Virus record (IMG/VR): IMGVR_UViG_3300037560_000199
DNA from: an uncultured virus (IMG/VR IMGVR_UViG_3300037560_000199)
Lineage: Duplodnaviria; Heunggongvirae; Uroviricota; Caudoviricetes
Reading direction: 5' to 3' (one strand)
Length of the DNA stretch: 64,000 nucleotides
Part shown: positions 54,249 through 63,848 of the stretch, in pieces
How positions within the stretch are numbered: position 1 is the stretch's first letter
Layout of the letters: each line of letters starts with the position of its first letter
The notes under the pieces: generated by a model
The model's input: the letters and a program-made list of their open reading frames with translations, nothing else
Told to the model about the DNA's origin: nothing
The model's database searches: none
Made by a program: the position numbers and the translations under genes

Positions 54249-55997
54249 ATGCCGCAGGGTGGATTAGCACAGATGCTTGAGCAGGCTGGTGGCGAACCTG
54301 ATGTCGTCAAGGCTGCTCAAAAGATCGAGGGGGTGAAGGGAGGAACGGAGACACTCTTCACCGTGGCTGCTCAAGCAGCCTTGGATCTTGCGGGGGATAA
54401 GGAGACTACGAACAAGGGGCTTCGCCTCTACTGCCTTGGTGGAGAGGTCAAAGCCGCGAAAGGTGGATCGACACGAGCTGCGGCAGAGCGCACTCGTCAG
54501 GCAGGTCGTGGTGACGATGACATCCTCATGCATGTGACTCCAGATGAAGCGAAGATTCTCGAAGGGATGTGGGGCAAGCCTCAGACCAATCCCAACACGG
54601 GCATGCCTGAGTATGGGTTCTTCAAAAAAGCGTGGAAGAAAATCAAGTCAGGTGTGAAGAAGGTGGTCGCATCCAAAGCCTTCGGGACCATCGCGCCTAT
54701 CGCATTAGCCATGATCCCTGGTATCGGTCCAGCTCTCGGTATCGCACTGCAGGCTGGACTGGGTGCTATGACTGCTCAGGCTCGTGGAGAGAAACCCCTG
54801 ATGGGAGCCATCTCGGGAGCTGCCGCTGGAGCAGGGAGTGCGATTGGAAAAGCTGCAAGCACTGCAGCCAAAGCAGGGACTCTGACCCTGAAGCAGAAGA
54901 TTGGAGCGGGTGTAGGGAAGGCTCTCGCAAAAGGTGTCTCGTCTGCAGCTCAAGCTGGAGATGTGCGAGCCTTCGCCCCTGGCGTAGTTGGGTCAGGTAT
55001 CTCGCAAGGTTTGTCAGGAGGTTTGGGAGCAGTCACACAAGCGTTCGCACCTGCGGCTGCTACGGCAGGTCAGCCAGGAGTGCCTGCCCCCGCTGGGACT
55101 AGTAATCTTGCACAATTGTCTCAGGTGGGTCAGGCGGCATACACGGGTGCCCCCGCTGCTGCTACGGGTCCCATGCAATTCCTGCCTGGGGGTCCGCTCG
55201 CTTCCCCTGGACCGATGACACCAAAGTGGAAGGAGCTGCTTAAGAAGTACGGTCCAGCGGCTGGACTGGGTGCCATGGCACTGATGGGAGGGATGGGTGG
55301 TGAGGAGGATGAAGAGAGACCTCCCACAGGTGCAAGACCGGGGTTCGATGAGTCGCTGCCGCTCTACTCCATGAACCGAAAGTTCCGTGGACTGCCATCA
55401 GCCGAAGACTACTTCACCTACGGGCAGGCAGGGTCCCCCTACTCAGGGCAGCAGCTCTTCTTGGAGCCTGATCCCTTCCCCCTCACAGACGAAGCAGGAG
55501 AGCCTGTGGGAGGTCCTGGGGGACTTGGTGCGATGGGACAGCAGACAGAGGAACAGATGCGTGCGCAGCTGTACGGTCCCCAGCAGCAGAGCTTCCAACG
55601 TGGAGGCGAGTTCGACTACTGGGAGCAGAACGAGGACGTCACCAACACGGTCCCCACAGCAAGCGCTGAGGGACGCTACGTGAAGGGTCCTGGCACCGGA
55701 CGGTCGGATGACATCGAGGCGAGACTCTCGGATGGCGAGTACGTGATGGACGCTGAGACGGTCGCTCTCCTGGGTGATGGCTCCAGCGATGAGGGTGCCA
55801 GACGTCTCGATGCGATGCGCTCGAACCTGCGCAAGCACAAGGCGAAGAAACTCAGCAAAGGTGAGTTCAGCCATAAGGCTAGGGAGCCTGCCAAGTACAT
55901 GAACAAGGTCCACGGTGGGAGCGTCAAGATGAAGCGCAAGCGCTATGAACATGGTGGCGTGCACAATGTGCCACGAGCCACGGGAGGGAGAGCGTAA
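54249..55997 (+). CDS. Internal virion/ejection protein with membrane-active segment
   Basis: GRGDDDILMHV, NPNTGMPEY, amphipathic helix plus TM segment, GPGTGRSDDI.ARLSDGEYV. Confidence 0.7.
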   Translation: MPQGGLAQMLEQAGGEPDVVKAAQKIEGVKGGTETLFTVAAQAALDLAGDKETTNKGLRLYCLGGEVKAAKGGSTRAAAERTRQAGRGDDDILMHVTPDEAKILEGMWGKPQTNPNTGMPEYGFFKKAWKKIKSGVKKVVASKAFGTIAPIALAMIPGIGPALGIALQAGLGAMTAQARGEKPLMGAISGAAAGAGSAIGKAASTAAKAGTLTLKQKIGAGVGKALAKGVSSAAQAGDVRAFAPGVVGSGISQGLSGGLGAVTQAFAPAAATAGQPGVPAPAGTSNLAQLSQVGQAAYTGAPAAATGPMQFLPGGPLASPGPMTPKWKELLKKYGPAAGLGAMALMGGMGGEEDEERPPTGARPGFDESLPLYSMNRKFRGLPSAEDYFTYGQAGSPYSGQQLFLEPDPFPLTDEAGEPVGGPGGLGAMGQQTEEQMRAQLYGPQQQSFQRGGEFDYWEQNEDVTNTVPTASAEGRYVKGPGTGRSDDIEARLSDGEYVMDAETVALLGDGSSDEGARRLDAMRSNLRKHKAKKLSKGEFSHKAREPAKYMNKVHGGSVKMKRKRYEHGGVHNVPRATGGRA

Positions 55998-57037
55998 TGG
56001 CTAATGGCGACGACTCACCGTTTGGTTTCCTAGACTTCCTGTTCCAAGGTAAGCCTCCGAAGTCAGTCACCACCTACGGCGAGACGATCAAGGATATCCC
56101 CAAGTGGATGTCCGACTACACGCAGGGTGTGATCGCGAAAGCCAACGCTGCGGCAGCTGAGCCCTACATCCCCTACGGTGGTCCGCGCATTGCAGGTTTC
56201 CAACCAGAGCAGGAGGCTGGCTTCGCAGCTGCAGAGCAGGCAGCGGGTGCCTACCAACCCTACTTGGAGGGTGCAGCTGGAGCCACCGTTGGTGCGCTAG
56301 GGGAGGCTGGTCGGAGCTTCATCGATGAGGGCAACGTCGAGCAGTACATGAACCCGTACATCCAGAACGTGCTCGACCGGCAGGAGTCGCTCGCTGGTCG
56401 CACGTTGACGGAGAATTTTCTCCCGGCTCTCCAACAAACCTTCGGAGGGGCGGGACAGTATGGCTCCCGTGGTGGTGTCGGCTCAATGGAGACGGCAGGC
56501 ATTCGAGGTGTGCGCGACATCCAAGAGAACTTGGAAGAGCAACGGCTCGCGACACTTGGTGGAGCCTACGGTCAGGCAGCTGACATCTTCGGCCAGGACG
56601 TTGGACGAGCTGCTGAGTACGGACTTCGAGGAGGTCAGCAACTGGGTGCATTAGGTGAAGCAGCTCAAGGGTTGGGCTTGCGTGGAGCAGGTGCACTCGA
56701 AGGGATTGGTGCGACACGACAGCAGCAGGAACAGCGTGGTCTTGATCTCGCGTATCAGGATTTCCAAGAGCAACGCGATCTGCCCTTCGACCGACTCAGT
56801 TTCATGTCCGACATCGTTCGTGGTCTGCCGATGGGTGGACGGGAGACGACTACAGAACGTGGTCCCGCATCCATCTACCAACCCTCACCCCTCTCGCAGG
56901 TCATTGGTGGTGCTGGTGTCTACAAAGCACTAACGGAAGCACGAGGGGGACGTGTTCGACGTGTTCGACGTTACGCGAAGGGAGGACTCGCTCGCGTTCG
57001 GGACATGATGAGCCCCACTGAGATGAGTTATGCCTAA
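55997..57037 (+). CDS. DNA pilot/ejection protein
   Basis: GFLDFLF N-terminus; YMNPY; Q/G/A-rich helices. Confidence 0.7.
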   Translation: MANGDDSPFGFLDFLFQGKPPKSVTTYGETIKDIPKWMSDYTQGVIAKANAAAAEPYIPYGGPRIAGFQPEQEAGFAAAEQAAGAYQPYLEGAAGATVGALGEAGRSFIDEGNVEQYMNPYIQNVLDRQESLAGRTLTENFLPALQQTFGGAGQYGSRGGVGSMETAGIRGVRDIQENLEEQRLATLGGAYGQAADIFGQDVGRAAEYGLRGGQQLGALGEAAQGLGLRGAGALEGIGATRQQQEQRGLDLAYQDFQEQRDLPFDRLSFMSDIVRGLPMGGRETTTERGPASIYQPSPLSQVIGGAGVYKALTEARGGRVRRVRRYAKGGLARVRDMMSPTEMSYA

Positions 57038-59054
57038 GCTAAAACCACGACCAGAGACGATACGTGGACCTGATGGAAGTCCAATAGGATTCGTGCCCAC
57101 GGATGGTTCGTTCGTGCCCGTCGAAGGGTTTTTCGACCGTACGGGGAGTCAGATCAGCCAGATAGACGCAGAGAGAATACGTCAGCTGACAGCGGGTGCG
57201 GAATGGGGTGAGGGAAGAAGCGACCGCATGCTGGCGATGATAAGGGAGATGAGGAAAGGCGAGGGTACTTCAGGTGCCCAGCAGCGTCGGCAGGAGATGC
57301 AGGAGATGCTGGGCGATCCTCTATCAGGTCGTGATGCGATTCGCCTATCGGAAGATCCTAATGAGATCGAACTGCTCATGGAGGGGAGCAACGTCTCCGA
57401 AGAGGATGCTGCGTTAGGCAAGGCGAAGCTCGCAGCGATAGAAGAATACGGAACCGGGAAGGGCAGGGTCGAAGAGTACGCTGACGGTTCTCAGGAGTGG
57501 GTGCCTGAAGGTATGGCGATAACGGGTAGGGCTCCGTTCATGATCCGCGAAGGTCCAACGACGAGAGAAGAAGAAGCACCACGTGGACGACCGGGCATGT
57601 CATCAGCAAGTGTAATGAAGTTTCTGCGTGATGAGTCAGGGCAACTCCAATCCTCTGCCCGTATTGATAAGAATAGACAGCGACTAATTCGAGAGGCGCA
57701 GGGGTATCAGGAAGGTGGACTCGCCGCAGTGACGGGAGTAGGTGAGCCCAAGATGGCAGAGGATGATGATCAGCCACTGGTGCCGAAGCCAGGGAATCTC
57801 ATCTCAAGAACGCTTTCAAGGATACGCAAAGCATTTGGTTTTGCAGAGGGTGGACTCGTGCGTTATGCAAATGGTGGACGTGTAGGTTTTCCAAACGGTG
57901 GTCTCGCTACCGCAGTGGGTTTTGGTGACGACGAGGTTGAGGAAGATCCACCCTCTCTTGTCCAAGAGGCACTGGCAGGACGTGCGGAACGCATCCAACT
58001 GAACAAGGAGAAAACACTACGTCGTTTGTCGTCTGCACGTGATGCCATCCTCTCACAGGAACGTGACAAGAGTTCAAAGTGGCTTGCTCTTGCACAAGGC
58101 ATGTTGGCACCGACGAGGACGGGAGGCTTTGGTGAGTCTCTGGGCACCACAGCAGGGTTGTTAGGTCAGGAAAGGAAAGAATCACAAGAGTTCGAGTTGG
58201 ATCGATCAGAGCGATTGCGTGAGATTGAAGCGGACATGGCTGACGCGGAGTCCGTAGCTATTAAACAAGAACAGGCAGAAGCAAAGGCAGCAGGTCCGCT
58301 TGGAGGTCGTGCTCTTCACGGAGCAATTCAAACCGTCGTGCACCCAGAGGATACGGAGAAGGATGTTGAAGACCAGCGTCTGATCCTGGCAGCTGCGCGG
58401 AAAGATGGCAGCATCATACATCTGAAAGATCCAGACACCGGTGACTACCTCTTCGATGCCGACCGACAAGACCCTGCTCGCCAAGCTGCAATTAGACGAG
58501 CGATTTTGGAAGCAGAAGGGGAAGAGGGTCGTGCGCAAGAGGACATCTCCAATGCCATCGTAGCTATGCAAGGCCGACGAGATGTTGCGCGGGGGATGGA
58601 GATCCTAGCCACGGGAGATCCCACGACCACCAGTGGATGGCAAGCAATGAAGACATCCTTCGCTGAATGGGTGGGCTTCGAGCTAGAGGACACAGTCTCG
58701 CTCGCAGAGCTGCAGACTATTGTGGGTCAGGACTACATCAGAACGATGGAGGCATTCACTGGACCGAAGTCTGACCGTGATGTGTCAGAGGCGAAAGCTC
58801 TGTCGTCAGGTATCCAACGTAACACCACATTGAACTGGAGACGTCTGCAACGTCTTTCAGGAATTCTTGATCGAGTGTATTCGGCAGGTGTGAGAGCAGC
58901 GCACGGTCGTGATGATCGAGACGCAATGTTTCGCTTGGAGTTCGATCCCGACCTTCCCCTCGTCACGACGAAAGAGGAGCGCGATGAGCTGCCACCGGGG
59001 CAGGCATACTATCGAACCGTAGGTGGGCAGAAGTACATGAAAGGCGAGGACTAG
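57030..59054 (+). CDS. Internal virion/ejection protein
   Basis: Position; GG motifs; LA..L.PT.TGGFGESLG. Confidence 0.65.
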   Translation: MPKLKPRPETIRGPDGSPIGFVPTDGSFVPVEGFFDRTGSQISQIDAERIRQLTAGAEWGEGRSDRMLAMIREMRKGEGTSGAQQRRQEMQEMLGDPLSGRDAIRLSEDPNEIELLMEGSNVSEEDAALGKAKLAAIEEYGTGKGRVEEYADGSQEWVPEGMAITGRAPFMIREGPTTREEEAPRGRPGMSSASVMKFLRDESGQLQSSARIDKNRQRLIREAQGYQEGGLAAVTGVGEPKMAEDDDQPLVPKPGNLISRTLSRIRKAFGFAEGGLVRYANGGRVGFPNGGLATAVGFGDDEVEEDPPSLVQEALAGRAERIQLNKEKTLRRLSSARDAILSQERDKSSKWLALAQGMLAPTRTGGFGESLGTTAGLLGQERKESQEFELDRSERLREIEADMADAESVAIKQEQAEAKAAGPLGGRALHGAIQTVVHPEDTEKDVEDQRLILAAARKDGSIIHLKDPDTGDYLFDADRQDPARQAAIRRAILEAEGEEGRAQEDISNAIVAMQGRRDVARGMEILATGDPTTTSGWQAMKTSFAEWVGFELEDTVSLAELQTIVGQDYIRTMEAFTGPKSDRDVSEAKALSSGIQRNTTLNWRRLQRLSGILDRVYSAGVRAAHGRDDRDAMFRLEFDPDLPLVTTKEERDELPPGQAYYRTVGGQKYMKGED

Positions 59055-59058
59055 TCCC

Positions 59059-61479
59059 ATGGCAGAAGACACCGAATTTGTCGAAGAAGAAATTGAGGAC
59101 TGGGGTGACCTCCCTGTTTCAGCTGAGAGGATAGTTCCTGGCACGTTGGAAGGGCGAAACCTACAGGTAAACCCTTCGTGGGGGGATCGACCCATCAGGA
59201 ATGTCAGTGATGTTGCTGCTGTTTCACGGGACATTTACTCACAAGAGATCCCAAGGGAAGAGCCGCTTCAATCAGAGTTTCCCATGGAGCCGGGAACGTC
59301 ACGAGCTGCACAAGAACTGCCTGAGCTTGCGAGCCTGAGAGCAGGGATAGTGGATTTTGTTCCTGACCCAGAGGGAATCGATTTCAAGGGTTTCCCACAA
59401 GCGATGGCTATGGTCACCATGACCGACCCAAACGAAATTGCCAAGATGATGCAGGACTCATTCCCTGAGACGGTGGGCATCCAGTGGGCACCTGACGGTA
59501 CGATAATCATTCGTAACGTGAAGACGGGTGCAGCGGCGATTCTCAATCGTCCTGGCATCAGTGCGATGGATGTTTCACAACTGCTGGGTCTCAGCGCTGC
59601 GTATTTTCCCACGGGGAAAATTGCCACCATGGGTGCATCGTTGACAGCTCGACTTGCAGCAGGAATAGGTGCCGGAACGGGAACTGAATATGGTATCCAA
59701 AAGTTTCAGGAGATGGTTGGAGGTCAATTCGATCCTCTTGACGTAGCGCTCTCTGGTGCACTGGGTCCTATAGCTGAGCTTGGTCGCCCGCTCATTACGG
59801 CAGGGCAAACCACAGGCAGATTCATTGGGAGTTACCTGCCGAAGAATTGGTTCGGGGGTAAAGGTCTTGAAGGTGTGCTCCCCGAAGCGAAGAAGTTAGC
59901 ACTCAATTTCTCAAAGGGAGCGAAGGACTATCTGGAGTCAGGACGTAAAGCCGTCATCATGACTCAGGATATGCTGGCGGAAACGATGAAACCGTACAAG
60001 CAGATCTTCTACAAGATGGTCGAGCGTTTGCCGTTCACAGGTACAGGTGGTCTGCGTGCCACTCAAAGAAACCAACGCATGGAAGTGCTGAGGAGACTGG
60101 CTTACAAGTATGACATCAACCCCAATACGAATTACGGCAAGCGCGTTATGGAGGAGATGAATGCAGTTGCTGGTGAGGCTATGGACGCAGCAGCAAAGGC
60201 ACGCATTGCTGTACTGGATTCGATGAAGGACGAAGAGGTTGTACTGCGAGCATTCCCCAAGATGATTGGCAAGATCAAGAACGCTGAGCTGGAGTTCGGG
60301 GGGATGGGCAACGAGAGTCTCATCAAGATGCTCGACAACTTCAGGACCACAGTGTGGCAGGGGGGCGGGCGTGAGAATTACAGCCGACAGTTCGGAGTAG
60401 TCAACGATTTCTTGGAGCGTCTATATCAAGAGGCAACCAGCGCACCTCCAGCAGCAAAAGAATCCATCATGCAAGTAGCAGATGCGCTGAATGAAGATCT
60501 GCTGCGCACTGCCAGATCCAAAGGAGGAGATCTCGCAAAAGAATGGGCAAGAGCCTCCAGGGTTGTGAAGGACATGATCACCAAAACAGAAAAGAAAACG
60601 CTCAGCGAGGTCATCGAAGCAGGTGAGATTGATCAACAAATCATACGCAAAGTTCTCAGAGACGCAGACCCTGACCAGCTGACTCTCATGTACAACAAGA
60701 TGAGTCCAGAAGGAGTCAACGCGGCGCAGCAGATGATCATGCGCGATGTGCTCAAGGCAGGGGGTTGGAGACCCGTTGCACGCCCAGGAGCAGAAACTAC
60801 CACGAAAGGCCTGTTAGGCCGCGAAGCAGGTGAAGTAGCAGCTGAAGAAGCCCCTGGTGTCATGAAGCAGCTGAAACAGCGTGTCTTCGGTGATCCCGCC
60901 CCCGTGCCCGAAGAATTATTTATCGATGCCGATAAAGCTCTGAAGTACATAGAGACAGAAGCAGTAGGGAAACAGTTCCGAAAGTTCTTCCCTGGCAAGA
61001 GGGCTCAGGACGAACTTGAAGGGATGCGTCAGTACCTCAGCTTGACTGCAGAAGCACAGAAGACAGGTAAGGGAACGGGCATGGCTGCAGCAATGGGAAG
61101 TGTGGGTTTTGCTGCACTCGACGTTATGACAATTGGTATCTTGGGTGCACTGGGACGCACCATTCAAAGTGCACCGATGCGCAACCTGATGCTGCGACTG
61201 CACCATGTGAAAGGTGACCAGCGAGCGACGGATGCAATCATGGAGCTGATCCAACCTCTGGCAATGGGATTGGGGCGAGACGTGTTGCAGCAATGGACTG
61301 AGTCTGATCCATACGACCAAGTCTATATGGCAGAAGATCCTGATGAGGTTGATCAGGACGTAGATCGTACGCTCTCGGGGAAACCGACAATCGATGATCT
61401 GCGAGTCGCAGCTGAGCAATACGCTGGACCAGCTATGGAAGATGTGAGTGCCCGACTGCAGGGGATGTTGGAGGAATAA
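59059..61479 (+). CDS. Large ejection (DNA transfer) protein
   Basis: N.PG.S..D motif and hydrophobic segments; last of ejection cluster. Confidence 0.65.
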   Translation: MAEDTEFVEEEIEDWGDLPVSAERIVPGTLEGRNLQVNPSWGDRPIRNVSDVAAVSRDIYSQEIPREEPLQSEFPMEPGTSRAAQELPELASLRAGIVDFVPDPEGIDFKGFPQAMAMVTMTDPNEIAKMMQDSFPETVGIQWAPDGTIIIRNVKTGAAAILNRPGISAMDVSQLLGLSAAYFPTGKIATMGASLTARLAAGIGAGTGTEYGIQKFQEMVGGQFDPLDVALSGALGPIAELGRPLITAGQTTGRFIGSYLPKNWFGGKGLEGVLPEAKKLALNFSKGAKDYLESGRKAVIMTQDMLAETMKPYKQIFYKMVERLPFTGTGGLRATQRNQRMEVLRRLAYKYDINPNTNYGKRVMEEMNAVAGEAMDAAAKARIAVLDSMKDEEVVLRAFPKMIGKIKNAELEFGGMGNESLIKMLDNFRTTVWQGGGRENYSRQFGVVNDFLERLYQEATSAPPAAKESIMQVADALNEDLLRTARSKGGDLAKEWARASRVVKDMITKTEKKTLSEVIEAGEIDQQIIRKVLRDADPDQLTLMYNKMSPEGVNAAQQMIMRDVLKAGGWRPVARPGAETTTKGLLGREAGEVAAEEAPGVMKQLKQRVFGDPAPVPEELFIDADKALKYIETEAVGKQFRKFFPGKRAQDELEGMRQYLSLTAEAQKTGKGTGMAAAMGSVGFAALDVMTIGILGALGRTIQSAPMRNLMLRLHHVKGDQRATDAIMELIQPLAMGLGRDVLQQWTESDPYDQVYMAEDPDEVDQDVDRTLSGKPTIDDLRVAAEQYAGPAMEDVSARLQGMLEE

Positions 61480-62057
61480 TGCCAGCGGTACGTGTACAGA
61501 AAAGGTTGGTGCGCAATCGTTCGGGGCGTTTGCTCGCAGAGGGTGAACGCTTGTTCCTGCCTGACCATCTCAATCAGGTGCGTGCGATTGCCATGCGCGG
61601 GATTGGTGAAGAGCAGATGTCAGAGCTGTTCGACATCAAGCGCAGTCAGATCAACAAGTGGAAGAAGCAGTACCCCCTGTTCAAGGAAGCACTCGAAGAG
61701 GGATTCACCGATGCTGACGCTGCCGTACTCAGTGCCGTGTACCAATCCGCTGTGGGATACACCCATGACGAGGAGAAGCTGTTCTTCTGGGATGGTGATG
61801 TTACCCGTGCTGATACCGTCAAGCACTACAAGCCCGACATGGTTGCAGCCAAGCTGTGGCTCACCAACAGACAGAGAGAGCACTGGAAGGATCGCCAACA
61901 CACTGCGGTATCTGGAGGTGACGGAGACAGCTCACCCCTTGGCTTGCGTGATGAGACGAAGCTCGAAGTGATGAGCAGCATCCTTGCGCTTATAAATCCG
62001 AAGCCCGACAACGCTGTGACCATCGACGGTGAGACCGGCGAGATGATCGAGGAATAG
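61479..62057 (+). CDS. terS: Terminase small subunit
   Basis: HTH ending WKKQYP.F.EAL..G, then ADA.V...AVGY...KHY.PD..A...WL.NR....W.D. Confidence 0.85.
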   Translation: MPAVRVQKRLVRNRSGRLLAEGERLFLPDHLNQVRAIAMRGIGEEQMSELFDIKRSQINKWKKQYPLFKEALEEGFTDADAAVLSAVYQSAVGYTHDEEKLFFWDGDVTRADTVKHYKPDMVAAKLWLTNRQREHWKDRQHTAVSGGDGDSSPLGLRDETKLEVMSSILALINPKPDNAVTIDGETGEMIEE

Positions 62058-62059
62058 TC

Positions 62060-63307
62060 ATGCCATCGAAGACCCCTGCACAAGCAAAGCTCATGCGAGC
62101 AGTCGCACACGGTTGGAAGCCTGATCGAATGAAGGGACCCTCGCGTAAGGTGGCGAAGGAGTTCGTTGCTGCTGACAAGAAAGCTAAGGGGTACGCAGTG
62201 GGTGGGAAGTACACTGGTTTCAAGGGAAAATTTCATAAACTGCAGAAGAATCTGCTACTGGCTGCTCGACGTGGGAATAAAAAGGCCCAAGCGGCTATTC
62301 GCAAACACGCTAGTAAGCAGGAGCGAGGGGAGACTGTAGGTGACTTTGGAAGGTGGGCACTTGAGCAACGAGGACAGTTCGATCCTAGACCCGGTGGCTT
62401 AGCTGAAGCTGCAGCACCACCAGCTCGAACGATTGATCCTGTCCCAGGACGTGAGTTCATCTCCGGTGATGCACCTCCTCGACGTTTTGCCGCCGCACCT
62501 CCTCGACGCACTGCTGCGGACGTAGCTCCAGGCTTCGACCCCGGTCGAGTTCCGCCAGCCCTTGTTGCCTATCTGCAATCGCTGCAGGGGAGTGAACCAG
62601 AACCTGTGAAGATGCAGTTCGGTGGGGCAATGAACTTTCTCCGCAAAGGTAGCGTACCACCAATGCAACAGGCTGCAGGTCGAGGACAGCCTCCGGGTGG
62701 GGGTGGTGGCTTGCAACAATTCCTACGTCGAGGTCAAGTGCCGGGTGGTGGAGGTGGAGGTGGTCAATTCAAAGGCATGGGTCGTGGCATGAATTCGCTG
62801 CTGCAGCAGATCCAACAGCGGAGAGGTGGCGCGGGTCAAGGACAGCCAAGACCTGTGGCGCAGACTCAAGGACCTGAATCCTTTCGGAGGAAAATGCCAG
62901 GAGCACCGGGAGGAGGAGTGCCGTTGCGCGGTGTCGGTCGTCCACCTGGGATGGGCAGACCGGGTGCCGGTGGTGGCGCAAGTGACTACCAACGCATGCT
63001 GCAACAGCGTAAGCAGCAAGCGACTGCTGGTGGACCACAGCGAAGCATTCAACCTGTCGGTGGTGGTTACAACACAGGGGTCGCAGGTGGTAGCCGGTTA
63101 CTCCAACCGCAACAGCCTACCGGCGGCGCAGGAATGCCGGGAGGAGCGAACCGAATCGGGATGGGTGATCAGCAAGGTGCGCAGGCGAGAGCGATGCAGG
63201 TGCAGACCGGTCGTCCACCGATGTCTCGGAGGCAACCATTCCCCGGTGGAGGTGGACGAGGTCGCTTTGGTGGAAGGGGGAGGGGTCGAAGTCGATTCCG
63301 CAGGTAA
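62060..63307 (+). CDS. Gly/Gln/Arg-rich low-complexity protein
   Basis: MPSKTPAQAKLMRAVAH N-terminus; RGG-rich C-terminus. Confidence 0.65.
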   Translation: MPSKTPAQAKLMRAVAHGWKPDRMKGPSRKVAKEFVAADKKAKGYAVGGKYTGFKGKFHKLQKNLLLAARRGNKKAQAAIRKHASKQERGETVGDFGRWALEQRGQFDPRPGGLAEAAAPPARTIDPVPGREFISGDAPPRRFAAAPPRRTAADVAPGFDPGRVPPALVAYLQSLQGSEPEPVKMQFGGAMNFLRKGSVPPMQQAAGRGQPPGGGGGLQQFLRRGQVPGGGGGGGQFKGMGRGMNSLLQQIQQRRGGAGQGQPRPVAQTQGPESFRRKMPGAPGGGVPLRGVGRPPGMGRPGAGGGASDYQRMLQQRKQQATAGGPQRSIQPVGGGYNTGVAGGSRLLQPQQPTGGAGMPGGANRIGMGDQQGAQARAMQVQTGRPPMSRRQPFPGGGGRGRFGGRGRGRSRFRR

Positions 63308-63392
63308 CACCACAGCGTAAGCAGTTGCCCGTCGAGCCCCACAAGTGGAAGAGGAATCCGTCCTCACACTGTAGGTTCATGCTGTTGTCCCT

Positions 63393-63848
63393 CTAGGAAG
63401 GGAAGTCCCCTGGTCCCAGCACCTGGGTGTCAGGACACCAGTGCTTTACCTTATCACGAACCTCTTCGCGATCATCGATCAGGATTGTAGGCTTGTCGTG
63501 CACTGCCCACTCTGCAACTAGATCAGGACCTTCGATGCCGGTCTCCCACTGATCACGTTGACGAAGGATCACCTTGTCGAACAGTTCGTGACCAACGAGC
63601 CACTCCTTCTCGTGCTCGTACTTGTTCTTGAAGCGGGTGGAGTAGATCAGAATGTACTCACCCTGCTTAATCCATTCCTTCACCATGAGCAGAACTTGTG
63701 GTCGAGGAAGATCGTCAGGCAGTCCTTTGTAGTAGGTCTTCCATGCTTCACGATTACGCGGGTCCGCTGCCGTGGTGGCTAGAAGGATAGCCAAGCGATC
63801 AGTGTGATCACTCAGCGTACCTTCGAGGTCCACCATGATCAGGCTCAT
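63393..63848 (-). CDS. HAD-family phosphatase (PNKP 3'-phosphatase-like)
   Basis: VDLEGTL, STR, WL, IDDR motifs. Confidence 0.75.
   Translation of the reverse strand: MSLIMVDLEGTLSDHTDRLAILLATTAADPRNREAWKTYYKGLPDDLPRPQVLLMVKEWIKQGEYILIYSTRFKNKYEHEKEWLVGHELFDKVILRQRDQWETGIEGPDLVAEWAVHDKPTILIDDREEVRDKVKHWCPDTQVLGPGDFPS

Noticed and set aside
28096..63307. Numerous minus-strand and alternate-frame ORFs of 60-250 aa
   Set aside because: Shadow ORFs of GC-rich coding DNA fully overlapping well-supported genes, with no motifs or RBS
63308..63392. tRNA-like structure between converging genes
   Set aside because: Short stems exist (ACAGCGT/ATGCTGT, GAGGA/TCCTC) but there is no T-loop or D-loop consensus on either strand; perhaps only a termination structure
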